In this document: one piece after another, positions 37,542 to 46,292 of the stretch
Layout: each line of letters opens with the position of its first letter
How positions within the stretch are numbered: position 1 is the stretch's first letter
Source: Escherichia phage vB_EcoM_swi3
Sequence record: MT768059.1
DNA length: 52,782 nucleotides
Direction: 5' to 3' (one strand)
Made by a program: the position numbers and the translations under genes
The notes under the pieces: model-generated
Told to the model about the DNA's origin: nothing
Database searches by the model: none
What the model saw: only the letters and a program-made list of their open reading frames with translations

Positions 37542-38426
37542 TTATACGGCCATTTGGAGTTTGATGTTTGGCATTGGTTTGTACTTCTCAACCATTGGCG
37601 TAACATCGGCAGGAGTGAAGTCAAACACTGACACGTCATAAATTGCATTAATGTCAGGACGACCTTCAAAGTTAGTGTCCAGTGTAGTATCAGAATTGCT
37701 TACGATACGTTGCAGGAAAATCTTTGCCGCATCGATATGATTCTGATAGATGTGATAATCACCCAGCGTAACAGTCATATCACCTACCCCAGTACCCAGC
37801 TCAGCAGCAATGGTAATCTGCAACATCTGATGCAACAGAATATCGTGAGGCAGACCAAGGATAACATCCGCGCTACGCATGTGGAACATCAGCTCTAATT
37901 CATTACGGTTGTTAATGAACAGCTGAAAACCATGGTAACAAGGCGGAAGGGCCATGGCGTCCATCTCTTGTGGGTTCCATGCCGTAATGTATGCCCGGCG
38001 GTCAGTAGGCTTAACCTTCAGCGTTTCAATAACGTCTTTAAGCTGGTTAGTAAGAACACCATTCTTATAGAATGGCTTAATCCATTGCACGCCGTACACA
38101 GGACCTAAGTCACGATTGTCTGGTGTACCCCAACGTTTGTTTGCATCCTGCAGGTTACCTTCCCACCAGTTGCAGCCAAAGCCTTTGAGTGTGTCGACGT
38201 TTGAAATGCCGTTGATAAAGCAGTAAAGCTCAGCAGCAACAGCTTTGATGTTAACAGGTTTAAATACCGGCACCATCAGTTTGTTGTCGTTAAAAGCCAG
38301 CTTAAACGCTGTACCAAAACAACGGCGTGTACCAACACCTGTACGGTCTACAACATCCTCGCCTTTACGCAGGATAAAAGAAATGATGTCGCTGTAAAGA
38401 GAATCGACAGTGCTGTATGTTTTCAT
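37542..38426 (-). CDS. thymidylate synthase-family enzyme with Asp at uracil-specifying position (putative dCMP C5-hydroxymethylase or -methyltransferase)
   Basis: 294 aa; DRTGVGT, DLGPVYG, catalytic-Cys motif ALPPCY, RSADVILGLPHD, GDYHIYQNH; ThyA N177 equivalent is D195 (codon at 37842..37844). Confidence 0.8.
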   Translation of the reverse strand: MKTYSTVDSLYSDIISFILRKGEDVVDRTGVGTRRCFGTAFKLAFNDNKLMVPVFKPVNIKAVAAELYCFINGISNVDTLKGFGCNWWEGNLQDANKRWGTPDNRDLGPVYGVQWIKPFYKNGVLTNQLKDVIETLKVKPTDRRAYITAWNPQEMDAMALPPCYHGFQLFINNRNELELMFHMRSADVILGLPHDILLHQMLQITIAAELGTGVGDMTVTLGDYHIYQNHIDAAKIFLQRIVSNSDTTLDTNFEGRPDINAIYDVSVFDFTPADVTPMVEKYKPMPNIKLQMAV

Positions 38427-39019
38427 TAAAACAGTTCCTTTTGAGCCGGGTTAACGTGTGCGTCGATGATGGCCTGGATGTCAGGTGCTTTCCATCCTTC
38501 AGGCTTAACAATATCCTGACCAGACTTATGCTTGCTGTTGCTTGCATCAGGCTTAGCGCGTTCTTTCGCCATGTTAGCAGCCTGTACAGCATCCCATGCT
38601 GCGTCAAGTGGCCAGTTGTTGTTTGCACACCAGGTAATCAGGTGGATAATTAACTGGGCCAGACGGTCGCAATGAGTGTCTTCAGTATCCTTAACGTATA
38701 CAATAAGGCCATCAGCATCGAAACGGTCCATAAATCCGCATGGCGTAGTTAACAGAATAGGATACTCAAATTCGTTGGTGAACCATGCAGTCTGGTCATA
38801 CAGGTATAACGTACCTGCAGCGATGTAAATTAAATCTACAATACCGTCTAAGAATCCAGCTTTATCGCCGTCCTTCTTAGCTTGTTTAATTTCTTCCATC
38901 TCCTCAATAAGACGGTCGTAGCGAAGCTTGAACTCAGGTTTACCGCCTTGACTAACAGGCTTGAGGTCAAACTTCTCATGAAAAGCGGTAACGCCTGCAG
39001 CAATTTTACTGAATCGCAT
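38426..39019 (-). CDS. putative MazG-like (all-alpha) nucleoside triphosphate pyrophosphohydrolase
   Basis: ~197 aa from ATG at 39019 after GGAG; EExxE motif (LIEEMEEI) and downstream acidic helix (DGIVDLIY). Confidence 0.45.
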   Translation of the reverse strand: MRFSKIAAGVTAFHEKFDLKPVSQGGKPEFKLRYDRLIEEMEEIKQAKKDGDKAGFLDGIVDLIYIAAGTLYLYDQTAWFTNEFEYPILLTTPCGFMDRFDADGLIVYVKDTEDTHCDRLAQLIIHLITWCANNNWPLDAAWDAVQAANMAKERAKPDASNSKHKSGQDIVKPEGWKAPDIQAIIDAHVNPAQKELF

Positions 39020-39404
39020 TTCGTAACTCCTTACAAACAGTTTCGATAAACTTACGTTTAATTTCTGTAGACCAGATAACATGACGAGCCTGTTCTAAAG
39101 TGTCCCAACGTTCTTTACCCACAGGAAAGGGAACAATGAAAAGGCCGGTACGGGATATGCGCTTGATAAACGGGAATTTACATCGCATGGTTGTTTCAAA
39201 CTTGATAAAGTTGGTTTGCACTTCGCGTGTAAACTTGACCTTATCAAATTCATGTTCAAGAGTTTGAGCAAGGTTGCATACTTCCTGGAAAGAAGATGTG
39301 GGTAAGTAATCTTCGCGGCCGACGGTGTTCACGTAGTCGATTTGGCCTTCGAGTCGAAGTATCCAAATCCTGTAATAAGCTTCAGCAACACGTTGTAGGT
39401 TCAT
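39006..39404 (-). CDS. hypothetical protein
   Basis: 132-aa ORF downstream of promoter 39431..39459. Confidence 0.45.
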   Translation of the reverse strand: MNLQRVAEAYYRIWILRLEGQIDYVNTVGREDYLPTSSFQEVCNLAQTLEHEFDKVKFTREVQTNFIKFETTMRCKFPFIKRISRTGLFIVPFPVGKERWDTLEQARHVIWSTEIKRKFIETVCKELRNAIQ

Positions 39405-39430
39405 TGTATCTCTCCTCTAAAAGATAACTT

Positions 39431-39459
39431 ATTATACCACATCACTCTCTAGTGGTAAA
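39431..39459 (-). promoter_or_regulatory. sigma70-like promoter with extended -10 (TTTACC-N17-TATAAT, TGG upstream of -10)
   Basis: Reverse complement reads cTTTACCACtagagagtgatgTGGTATAAT. Confidence 0.5.
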
Positions 39460-39480
39460 GCACTTTTTACGCTTCTGGTA

Positions 39481-39515
39481 AAATAAAAAGGACCAGCGTT
39501 AACTGGTCCTTTTGG
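39481..39515 (-). terminator. rho-independent terminator
   Basis: GGACCAG-cgttaa-CTGGTCC hairpin; minus strand reads TTTTTATTT after the stem. Confidence 0.6.
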
Positions 39516-40079
39516 CAGGGTGGCGTAAGGAGATACAAGGCATCGTAACTATGCAACCAGGCAGCGCATATGAGATTGGCCAAAAGACTTACCATTTTAA
39601 TCCCCGCGACGAGACGAAAGGAGGTGTTATCGAGTAGCCAATCACATATGCGTTACTTGCTGTGTGCTCTTACCGCGGAAAGTATAGAGCGTTGCACTTA
39701 TCACACCGATGGAGTGGCAAAAGCACACAGCGAGTACAACCTTAGTTGTGGTGTCTTAGCACCTGAGTTATTGTGGATAACCTGCACCCGACGGGTGTCA
39801 AAAAGATACGCCAAAACACCACAACTAAAATTGTGACCGCCGTCTACACCAGGCGCCTGGGGTCAAGGTAGCGAGCCAATACCCTTTTCAGCGTCGGAGG
39901 AATCGAACCTCACACATCACGGCTTTTACCAAATCTCGGTCAGCGAGCAGAATTGAACTGCATTCACTGGACACCCTCACTGTTTCAACACACCAGGCTT
40001 AATTGATTGTTGATAAGAAGAGAGATGTAAGGATGTCCATTGAATGCACCTCCGTAGAGGTGCGTTCAGATCAGCGCTA

Positions 40080-40547
40080 TTATTCAGCAACTTCTTCGTT
40101 GTCGCCTTCGATCGCGCCAGCCAGTTTAGCAGCTTCAGCTTTAGCAGCTTCTGCTTTCTGGCGAGCTTTTTCAGCTTTCTCTTCAGCTTTGCGAATCTGC
40201 TCAGCAGCTTTCGCTTCGGCTTTTTCAGCTTTGATGCGAGCACGCTCTTCAGCTTTACGCTGTTTTTCAGCGGCTTTAGCAGCATCGCGTTCTGCTTTAG
40301 CGGTATCAACACGCTTAGCCAGAACCTTACCAGTGGCTTTACGCCAGTAGGTCAGCTGGGAAGAAACAGTACCACGGGACATTTCGGTAGTGGCAACAAC
40401 TTCGTCCATAACGTCAGAGCTGGACTTGCCTTCTTCATGGGCTTTATCAGCCAGGTCCCATACATAACGTGCACCAGTACCAGCTGCCGGATACAGTACG
40501 CCGTTAACTTCTTCTTTACCAGTTACAAAAGTCAGTTTCTCGCTCAT
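40080..40547 (-). CDS. protein with Ala/Lys/Glu-rich repetitive C-terminal tail (histone H1-like low complexity)
   Basis: ATG at 40547 after GAGGAA; C-terminal ~70 aa of AKAEK/AEKA-type repeats with acidic end. Confidence 0.5.
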   Translation of the reverse strand: MSEKLTFVTGKEEVNGVLYPAAGTGARYVWDLADKAHEEGKSSSDVMDEVVATTEMSRGTVSSQLTYWRKATGKVLAKRVDTAKAERDAAKAAEKQRKAEERARIKAEKAEAKAAEQIRKAEEKAEKARQKAEAAKAEAAKLAGAIEGDNEEVAE

Positions 40548-40653
40548 AATTTTTTCCTCGTCTACAGGGCTTAATGTTTGTTCGTTACGTGAGTTAATAT
40601 ACGTCATTTAAAAGAGTGTGTAAACACCTTTTTTAAACTTTTTTCATTAGTGT

Positions 40654-40875
40654 CTAGAAAGGCACATCATAGTCAAAAAGTTTACATCCGGAAGACAGGA
40701 CTGCCGGCGGTGGTGTTTTGCCTCCGGATAACAGGCAACCTCCTGCCTGAAAACTACGGCAGTTCGCACAGCTCATATCCTGCAAGTATATAATAAGCTG
40801 TCGGCGAACATGCCGGGGTAAAGCTTTAGCCTGGGTTGCTACCCGTTCAAATAGTTCTCTGTCATCGAGCGCCAT
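40654..40875 (-). CDS. hypothetical small Cys-containing protein
   Basis: 73-aa ORF with CANC...GGC...GC. Confidence 0.35.
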   Translation of the reverse strand: MALDDRELFERVATQAKALPRHVRRQLIIYLQDMSCANCRSFQAGGCLLSGGKTPPPAVLSSGCKLFDYDVPF

Positions 40876-42532
40876 AACCGTTTCCCCAGTCGTAGTTCAT
40901 GATTTGTGGGTAGGGTCGTTTAATCCATACCTTGATGCGCTTAGGAATAGCCAGCTCACCCTTACGGCGAATAAACTCATCGCATGTTTCAGGCGGTTCT
41001 GTTCCTGCAGCATTACGCCACCAGGCATCTGCCATTTGCTTAGCATTGCCATGGGCCTCTATATTTACCCAGGTTGTATACACTTCCAGGTTTGAGTAAT
41101 ACACAACCTTTATACTGTCAGGTCGTCCCTGCTTCTGGAATAAAGAATAGTTTACCAGCGTAACATCTTTATCCACAACACGAAGCTGACCGTTAGTCAT
41201 TACCTCTTCTTCTGATGAAGTGAAGGCAATGGCAGGTCCGTTAACTGTAAACTCAAATTCATGTCCGCACATCGGATATACACCATTCTCGTCTGGCGTA
41301 CTTCCTTTAGCCGGATGCTTACATGTACGGGCTGCATAGCCACTTACCTGGTGACAGATAGGGCACTCTTTACCGCCAGGTGTTTTCTCTGACCGTTTCT
41401 TTTTCTTCTTACCAAGACGAGGTGGAACAGCCGGGTCGTCAATAGGCCCAAGGTCAATGGTGTTAGATGTAAAGTCCATAACAAGACAGTCATGCTTGCC
41501 AGGCGCTGTACGTAATCCTCGACCAAGTATCTGCACCCACAAAGCAACAGACGTGGACGGGCGCAAGATGCCGAGCATATCAATCTCAGGATAGTCAAAT
41601 CCTGTAGTCAATACGTTTACGTTTACACAGACCCGTGCTCGTCCGCTTGTAAACTCTTCCAGTGCGGCTTCACGTTCTTTCTTTGTAAGACCGCCATGCA
41701 CAACTACAGTCTGCCACCCTCGCAGATTAAATTCGTCTGCTATGTTGTGGGCGTGCTCAACACTTGTGGCAAATACAAGAACGTGGTTCCTGTCTTTACC
41801 GTAGTGCATCATCTCACGAATAGCCGCGACTGTTATACTATGCTGGTTGGCTACCTTCTCAAGCTCTGACGGGATGTAGTCACCCATCCTTTCGCCAACA
41901 TTACTGGTGTCAATCTTGGTTAACACTTTCTTGTTGACCAGGCGCGACAGGAAGCCTTCATTTACCAGTCGGGTGAATGCGTCAGGTGTTGTAAGGTCAT
42001 AGCAGATGTCGGTAAATATACCACAGTCCAGCAAGTGACCACCTGCCAGGCGATACGGAGTTGCTGTGAGTCCTGTTACCTTTACCTTAGGATTAAGCTC
42101 TTTGAAGTGAGCAATAACCTTACGGTATGTTGTTTCAGACTTCTCAGGAACAAGATGGGCTTCGTCAATGAATATAAGATTGAACTTACCTGCTTCTTCC
42201 AGGTTCTTAATAATTGACTGTACAGATGCTACAACGATACGGCCTGAAAAGTCTTTATGTCCTGCACCTGAAGAGTATATTGATACTGGTGCTTGTGGCC
42301 AGTGACGAACAATCGCTTTGGCGTCTTGTTCAACCAGCTCCTTGACATGTGTCAATATAAGAATGCGCTGACGGGGATAGCTGGTAAGAATATCCTTCAT
42401 CAGCATACCAAGCACAGGTGATTTACCTGAACCTGTCGGCATGACAATAAGTGGATTACCACTATAAGAATTGAAGTACGACCACCAGGCTGTGACCGCT
42501 TCTTGTTGATACCAGCGAGCTTCAAAAGCCAT
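40862..42532 (-). CDS. superfamily 2 DNA helicase (DEAH box)
   Basis: 556 aa; Walker A PTGSGKS, DEAH (FIDEAHLV), C-terminal Cys pairs (CPICHQ ... CKHP). Confidence 0.8.
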   Translation of the reverse strand: MAFEARWYQQEAVTAWWSYFNSYSGNPLIVMPTGSGKSPVLGMLMKDILTSYPRQRILILTHVKELVEQDAKAIVRHWPQAPVSIYSSGAGHKDFSGRIVVASVQSIIKNLEEAGKFNLIFIDEAHLVPEKSETTYRKVIAHFKELNPKVKVTGLTATPYRLAGGHLLDCGIFTDICYDLTTPDAFTRLVNEGFLSRLVNKKVLTKIDTSNVGERMGDYIPSELEKVANQHSITVAAIREMMHYGKDRNHVLVFATSVEHAHNIADEFNLRGWQTVVVHGGLTKKEREAALEEFTSGRARVCVNVNVLTTGFDYPEIDMLGILRPSTSVALWVQILGRGLRTAPGKHDCLVMDFTSNTIDLGPIDDPAVPPRLGKKKKKRSEKTPGGKECPICHQVSGYAARTCKHPAKGSTPDENGVYPMCGHEFEFTVNGPAIAFTSSEEEVMTNGQLRVVDKDVTLVNYSLFQKQGRPDSIKVVYYSNLEVYTTWVNIEAHGNAKQMADAWWRNAAGTEPPETCDEFIRRKGELAIPKRIKVWIKRPYPQIMNYDWGNGYGAR

Positions 42533-42553
42533 TTATAATCTCCTCATTAACTT

Positions 42554-42582
42554 TATATATTATACCACTTCCTTGTGGTAAA
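42554..42582 (-). promoter_or_regulatory. sigma70-like promoter on minus strand
   Basis: Reverse complement reads TTTACCACaaggaagTGGTATAATatataa; exact -10 choice ambiguous. Confidence 0.4.
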
Positions 42583-42590
42583 GTATACTT

Positions 42591-43469
42591 TTATTTTAAG
42601 GAAAGTTTAACGGGCTTCTCATCCTGCGGGAAGACATCAGCAGGGCGATAATCATCACAAGCTGCTAATTGCTCTTCGATTGTTTCGAGTTCTTTCTGGT
42701 GCTTGTTGCAATACCACACTTTGCCCTGAAGCGGTTTACTGTAATGGCAGGTTCTGCAGTTCCTGTCTGGCATTGCCCCTTTGTGGCACAGGTGATGGTA
42801 TTCGCACATCCCTGGTTTGCACTCCCACCAAATAGGCGATTCAGAAATCTTCGGCATATCCAAACCAGATTCCGCATATACAACAGCCTCCGCTTTACTC
42901 AGTTGTATGTCGCTTTCCAGTAAGTCAATCTCGACCACTTCAAAATACATCTCGTCAGTGTTCTTATTGATTGCAATGTACACAGCTTGATTCAGCTTAA
43001 GCTTCCGCATGTATACCTGCATCTGGGCGTAGTGTACCGGCTTACTTGCTTTAACAGACTTGAGCTTGACTAACTCCTTAAACGACTTATCGCCATGCGT
43101 CTTGAACTCAGCAAGTGCCCATACGCCTTTGTATTTAATTACACAGTCACAAGACCCAGAGAAGATGTCATTGAATTCGTGTATGCGCCACTGCTTACCA
43201 GTCTTGGGATTGACGTCCAGCACTTCGTCACATACGGTGCGAAGCCACTTTACAATTCTGCTTTCTTCAAGGTTACCACGTTCAAACAGACGAAGTTGCT
43301 TAGCCGAAAACTTCTCCTTGAACGACCAGTGCAGAACGTGCCAAAGATAGCGATAGCAGTTGTGTCCTATCTGCGATGCTCCAAGATGCCCGCGTCGTTC
43401 TTCTCTTTCGTGGGCTTCGACTATCTTGATGTCAATACGTTTCTGCAGGTCGTCAAACGGACTTGGCAT
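42591..43469 (-). CDS. PD-(D/E)XK nuclease, Cas4/RecB-like, with C-terminal Cys cluster
   Basis: Start at ATG 43469 after GGAG; motif D ... EFK (DCVIKYKGVWALAEFK); C-terminal CKPGMCEYHHLCHK ... CRTCH. Confidence 0.55.
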   Translation of the reverse strand: MPSPFDDLQKRIDIKIVEAHEREERRGHLGASQIGHNCYRYLWHVLHWSFKEKFSAKQLRLFERGNLEESRIVKWLRTVCDEVLDVNPKTGKQWRIHEFNDIFSGSCDCVIKYKGVWALAEFKTHGDKSFKELVKLKSVKASKPVHYAQMQVYMRKLKLNQAVYIAINKNTDEMYFEVVEIDLLESDIQLSKAEAVVYAESGLDMPKISESPIWWECKPGMCEYHHLCHKGAMPDRNCRTCHYSKPLQGKVWYCNKHQKELETIEEQLAACDDYRPADVFPQDEKPVKLSLK

Positions 43470-43938
43470 TGTTAAACTCCTCAACGCTGAATTCATCGTA
43501 TACAATATTATGTGCCCACAAATGGGCGACGGCATTTGCCATACTGTCTTTCCATTTGGATTGTGAAGCTGTATGAGCCAATGCAACTACCCGAACCAGG
43601 TTAAGGTTGGCTATCAGCATATCTGCACAATGTTCGCACGGCGGGTAGGTTATGTAGATGGTAACCGGGCCTAATGAAGGAGTGTCTAACTCTCTCCTTA
43701 TATTAGCTAAGGTGTTTATCTCGCTATGAATAGTTAGAGCGTTCTTAAGGCTATTAGGCACTATTCTTATAGAGTCTAACTGCGTAGGCAGACCATTATA
43801 TCCAGTGGAAATAATACGCTTGTTCTGGTCCACAAGAACGCTACCGACTTGACGTTTCGGGTCCTTCGACCAGCTCGCAACTTCACAAGCTATGCGCATA
43901 AACCGCCTGTCCCACTTGTCCATCTTCTTCTTTTGCAT
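43453..43938 (-). CDS. dCMP deaminase
   Basis: 161 aa; zinc-binding HSE and PCEHC motifs of CMP/dCMP deaminases. Confidence 0.8.
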   Translation of the reverse strand: MQKKKMDKWDRRFMRIACEVASWSKDPKRQVGSVLVDQNKRIISTGYNGLPTQLDSIRIVPNSLKNALTIHSEINTLANIRRELDTPSLGPVTIYITYPPCEHCADMLIANLNLVRVVALAHTASQSKWKDSMANAVAHLWAHNIVYDEFSVEEFNNAKSV

Positions 43939-43999
43939 GGTAGTCTCCGTATACGAAAATAGGGGCCGAAGCCCCTATTGAATATCTACTCGGCAGGGA

Positions 44000-44527
44000 T
44001 TATTCTTCCCAAGGAGCTGCTGCACCATCGTCAGCACCAGGTGCCGTTGCAGTAGCACTCGCACCTGCACCTACTTTCTTCGTCGTCGATGCAGTTGCTT
44101 GAGAATGACCACCTACTGCAGTAGTTGCTTCAGTTGACGCTTTGTATTCGCGAATATCGTTTTGTGGGTCGTACTCACCGGTCTTGTCGATACGAACACC
44201 AACTTTACCAGCTACAATACGGTTTTCCAGTAAGTCGGTAGAAGTCAGTTCAACAATACCCAGCGCACGACACAACGCAGACAGTTTGCGATGACCGATT
44301 TCAACAGCTTGTGCATTAGGGTTGGAGTAGGTAATCATGTCAAATACAACACGGTTAGCGAACTCACCTTCCTGCACTTTCAGACGCAGGGACAGGTAAG
44401 AACCAGTGCCTGCTTTAGTCGGCTTCAGCTCAACCTCTTCAATCATGAAGTTGTACCAGCCTTTCGGGATCGGGTCAAAAGACTGTTGCGGTTCGACGGT
44501 AGAGCTGTTGAAGTTTAATTCAGCCAT
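44000..44527 (-). CDS. putative single-stranded DNA-binding protein
   Basis: 175 aa; Ala/Thr/Gly-rich flexible C-terminal region ending in acidic residues; adjacent to Sak4-like ATPase. Confidence 0.35.
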   Translation of the reverse strand: MAELNFNSSTVEPQQSFDPIPKGWYNFMIEEVELKPTKAGTGSYLSLRLKVQEGEFANRVVFDMITYSNPNAQAVEIGHRKLSALCRALGIVELTSTDLLENRIVAGKVGVRIDKTGEYDPQNDIREYKASTEATTAVGGHSQATASTTKKVGAGASATATAPGADDGAAAPWEE

Positions 44528-44634
44528 TGTTTGGTATCCTGTTTAAGTTTAGTTTAATTTCGTTTAACGCTTTACCGGCAGCGTTCGGCCGTGATGCTTA
44601 TTATACGCCACTTTTTATCATGGCGTAAACACTT

Positions 44635-45519
44635 TTATTCGCTGGTTCCTTTCTCAGCTTGAGCGGCTTTCTTCGCCATCCAGGCTTGGTGCTTCTCTTT
44701 CGATTCGTCCGAACCGATTTTAGTGAGCTGCACGTTCGGGTCGTCGTTCTGCATCTGTTCTGCAGCTCGACCTGTCAGGAGCAGGTAGCTGTCTGACTCC
44801 GGATGATAGTACCACAGCTGGTAAGGATGATAGCCTTGCAGCTTGTCATAAATCCAGCCCAGGTCAGCAGGTTCACGTGCATCCAGTTCACGGCCTGGTG
44901 CGTTACGGCACTTAGCTTCCCATTGATAGTCGGGCTGTGTCTGGATGTAGCGCTCGCTGTTACCATTTGCATCAGGTGCAGTCATACGTAAAGCAAGCAC
45001 CGCATCCATAAGATACGGCAGTTGTTTAGGTAACTGCTGACCAGGCATAAGTGGTGAATACAACATTGCACCACTAACCTCGTCCTTGTTCTTCTCAAGC
45101 TTGCAAAGGTATGCAACGCTGAAAGGCAAGTCACGGAACTGACGCATGATATACATCATCTTGTCGTTGGTGTTACCATACGCCTGTCGTTTGTCGTTGA
45201 CCTGCGACTTCTCATAGTCCAGACAAACTTCAGCCACATCTGACAGCGAGTCGAAAATCAGATGCTCATACTTCTGCGCATCCTTACTTTCGGTAAGCCA
45301 TTTGTACAGCGCCAGAATGTCGTTGAACGTATTGATTGGCGTAGAGTCGATGTCAGCATCTGCGATCGACATCAAACCGCCTTCAGCGTTAATGACAAGA
45401 ACCTTATCGTGAGGCAAGGTCTTAGCCAGGCTGGTTTTACCAACACCTGATGCGCCGTAAATAGCGACCTTAGGTCGCTTATTTTCTACGGCTTGTTTAG
45501 TAGATACAATCTGAACCAT
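44635..45519 (-). CDS. RecA-fold P-loop ATPase, Sak4-like
   Basis: 294 aa; Walker A KVAIYGASGVGKTS near N-terminus, Walker B-like LIFDSLSD. Confidence 0.5.
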   Translation of the reverse strand: MVQIVSTKQAVENKRPKVAIYGASGVGKTSLAKTLPHDKVLVINAEGGLMSIADADIDSTPINTFNDILALYKWLTESKDAQKYEHLIFDSLSDVAEVCLDYEKSQVNDKRQAYGNTNDKMMYIMRQFRDLPFSVAYLCKLEKNKDEVSGAMLYSPLMPGQQLPKQLPYLMDAVLALRMTAPDANGNSERYIQTQPDYQWEAKCRNAPGRELDAREPADLGWIYDKLQGYHPYQLWYYHPESDSYLLLTGRAAEQMQNDDPNVQLTKIGSDESKEKHQAWMAKKAAQAEKGTSE

Positions 45520-45749
45520 TAATGATAGTCCTCGTAAAGTGATTCTTCATCGCAGTACATACGATAAAGAGCTTCTTCGGCTTCTTCCAGGGTGTCAAAC
45601 TCCTCGCCACAGACGGAGTATTTTGTGGGTTCATCGAATGACTCGACGATGTGCCAGTCATGATGAATACCGTATGTCCACAAGTCGCAGTCGTCTTTTG
45701 CAACAAGCTTACGTGTGGAACGAAATTGTGCTAGAGTATTGATGCTCAT
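45519..45749 (-). CDS. hypothetical protein
   Basis: Start moved to ATG 45749 after GAGGAGAGAG because promoter-like TATAAT lies at 45777..45782. Confidence 0.4.
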   Translation of the reverse strand: MSINTLAQFRSTRKLVAKDDCDLWTYGIHHDWHIVESFDEPTKYSVCGEEFDTLEEAEEALYRMYCDEESLYEDYH

Positions 45750-45809
45750 ATTCTCTCTCCTCATGTGTATAGAGGTATTATACACCACTTACATGGGGTA
45801 AGTACACTA

Positions 45810-46292
45810 CTATTTTACACTAACAGCTTGACACGATAGCCGTGACAAACCGAGGTTGGCTATGACACCATCGAGCAATACTCCTGCATGTTCTTCATTG
45901 TATGCTTCTACCCACAAAGGGATGGTGACGCCCTTCAGGTGGTCGCTGTACACGTTGTACCTATATACCTGTTTGTGTGCTTTGTCAACACGTACAACAG
46001 TAAGGTTACCATCCTCGTAAGGAGGAAGCTCAACGCCTTTCTTACTCCAGAAGTTACGGAACTCAGCACTATTAACAATGCCGTGTACAACACGCTCAGT
46101 AAGTTCTGTTTTGAGGTCAGCACGTGCCTTTGTACTGATAAAGAAACGACAAGAGAAGAAAGCATTGACGTTTATCACATCAACCGCATACACAACGTTA
46201 TGCTCTTCAGTAGTTGGTGCTTTATAAACAATGTATTTAGTTTTGAACAGGTCCATAGTACTCTCCAGGGAGGAAGACTGGCGGGCTTGCAC
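45810..46292 (-). CDS. hypothetical protein
   Basis: 160-aa ORF. Confidence 0.4.
   Translation of the reverse strand: MQARQSSSLESTMDLFKTKYIVYKAPTTEEHNVVYAVDVINVNAFFSCRFFISTKARADLKTELTERVVHGIVNSAEFRNFWSKKGVELPPYEDGNLTVVRVDKAHKQVYRYNVYSDHLKGVTIPLWVEAYNEEHAGVLLDGVIANLGLSRLSCQAVSVK

Noticed and set aside
37542-38426. Calling the TS homolog a conventional thymidylate synthase (thyA)
   Set aside because: The uracil-specifying Asn is replaced by Asp as in dCMP hydroxymethylase, so a plain ThyA label would likely be wrong; family-level call kept.
39570-39836. 88-aa plus-strand ORF in the long untranslated region
   Set aside because: No ribosome-binding site, antisense to the surrounding transcription unit, lies inside a region with terminator/UTR features; likely spurious.
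39886-39975. Possible minus-strand tRNA suggested by the GGTTCGATTCC T-loop motif
   Set aside because: Could not build a matching acceptor stem, D-arm or anticodon arm at any spacing; kept only as a motif observation pending tRNAscan-SE/ARAGORN.
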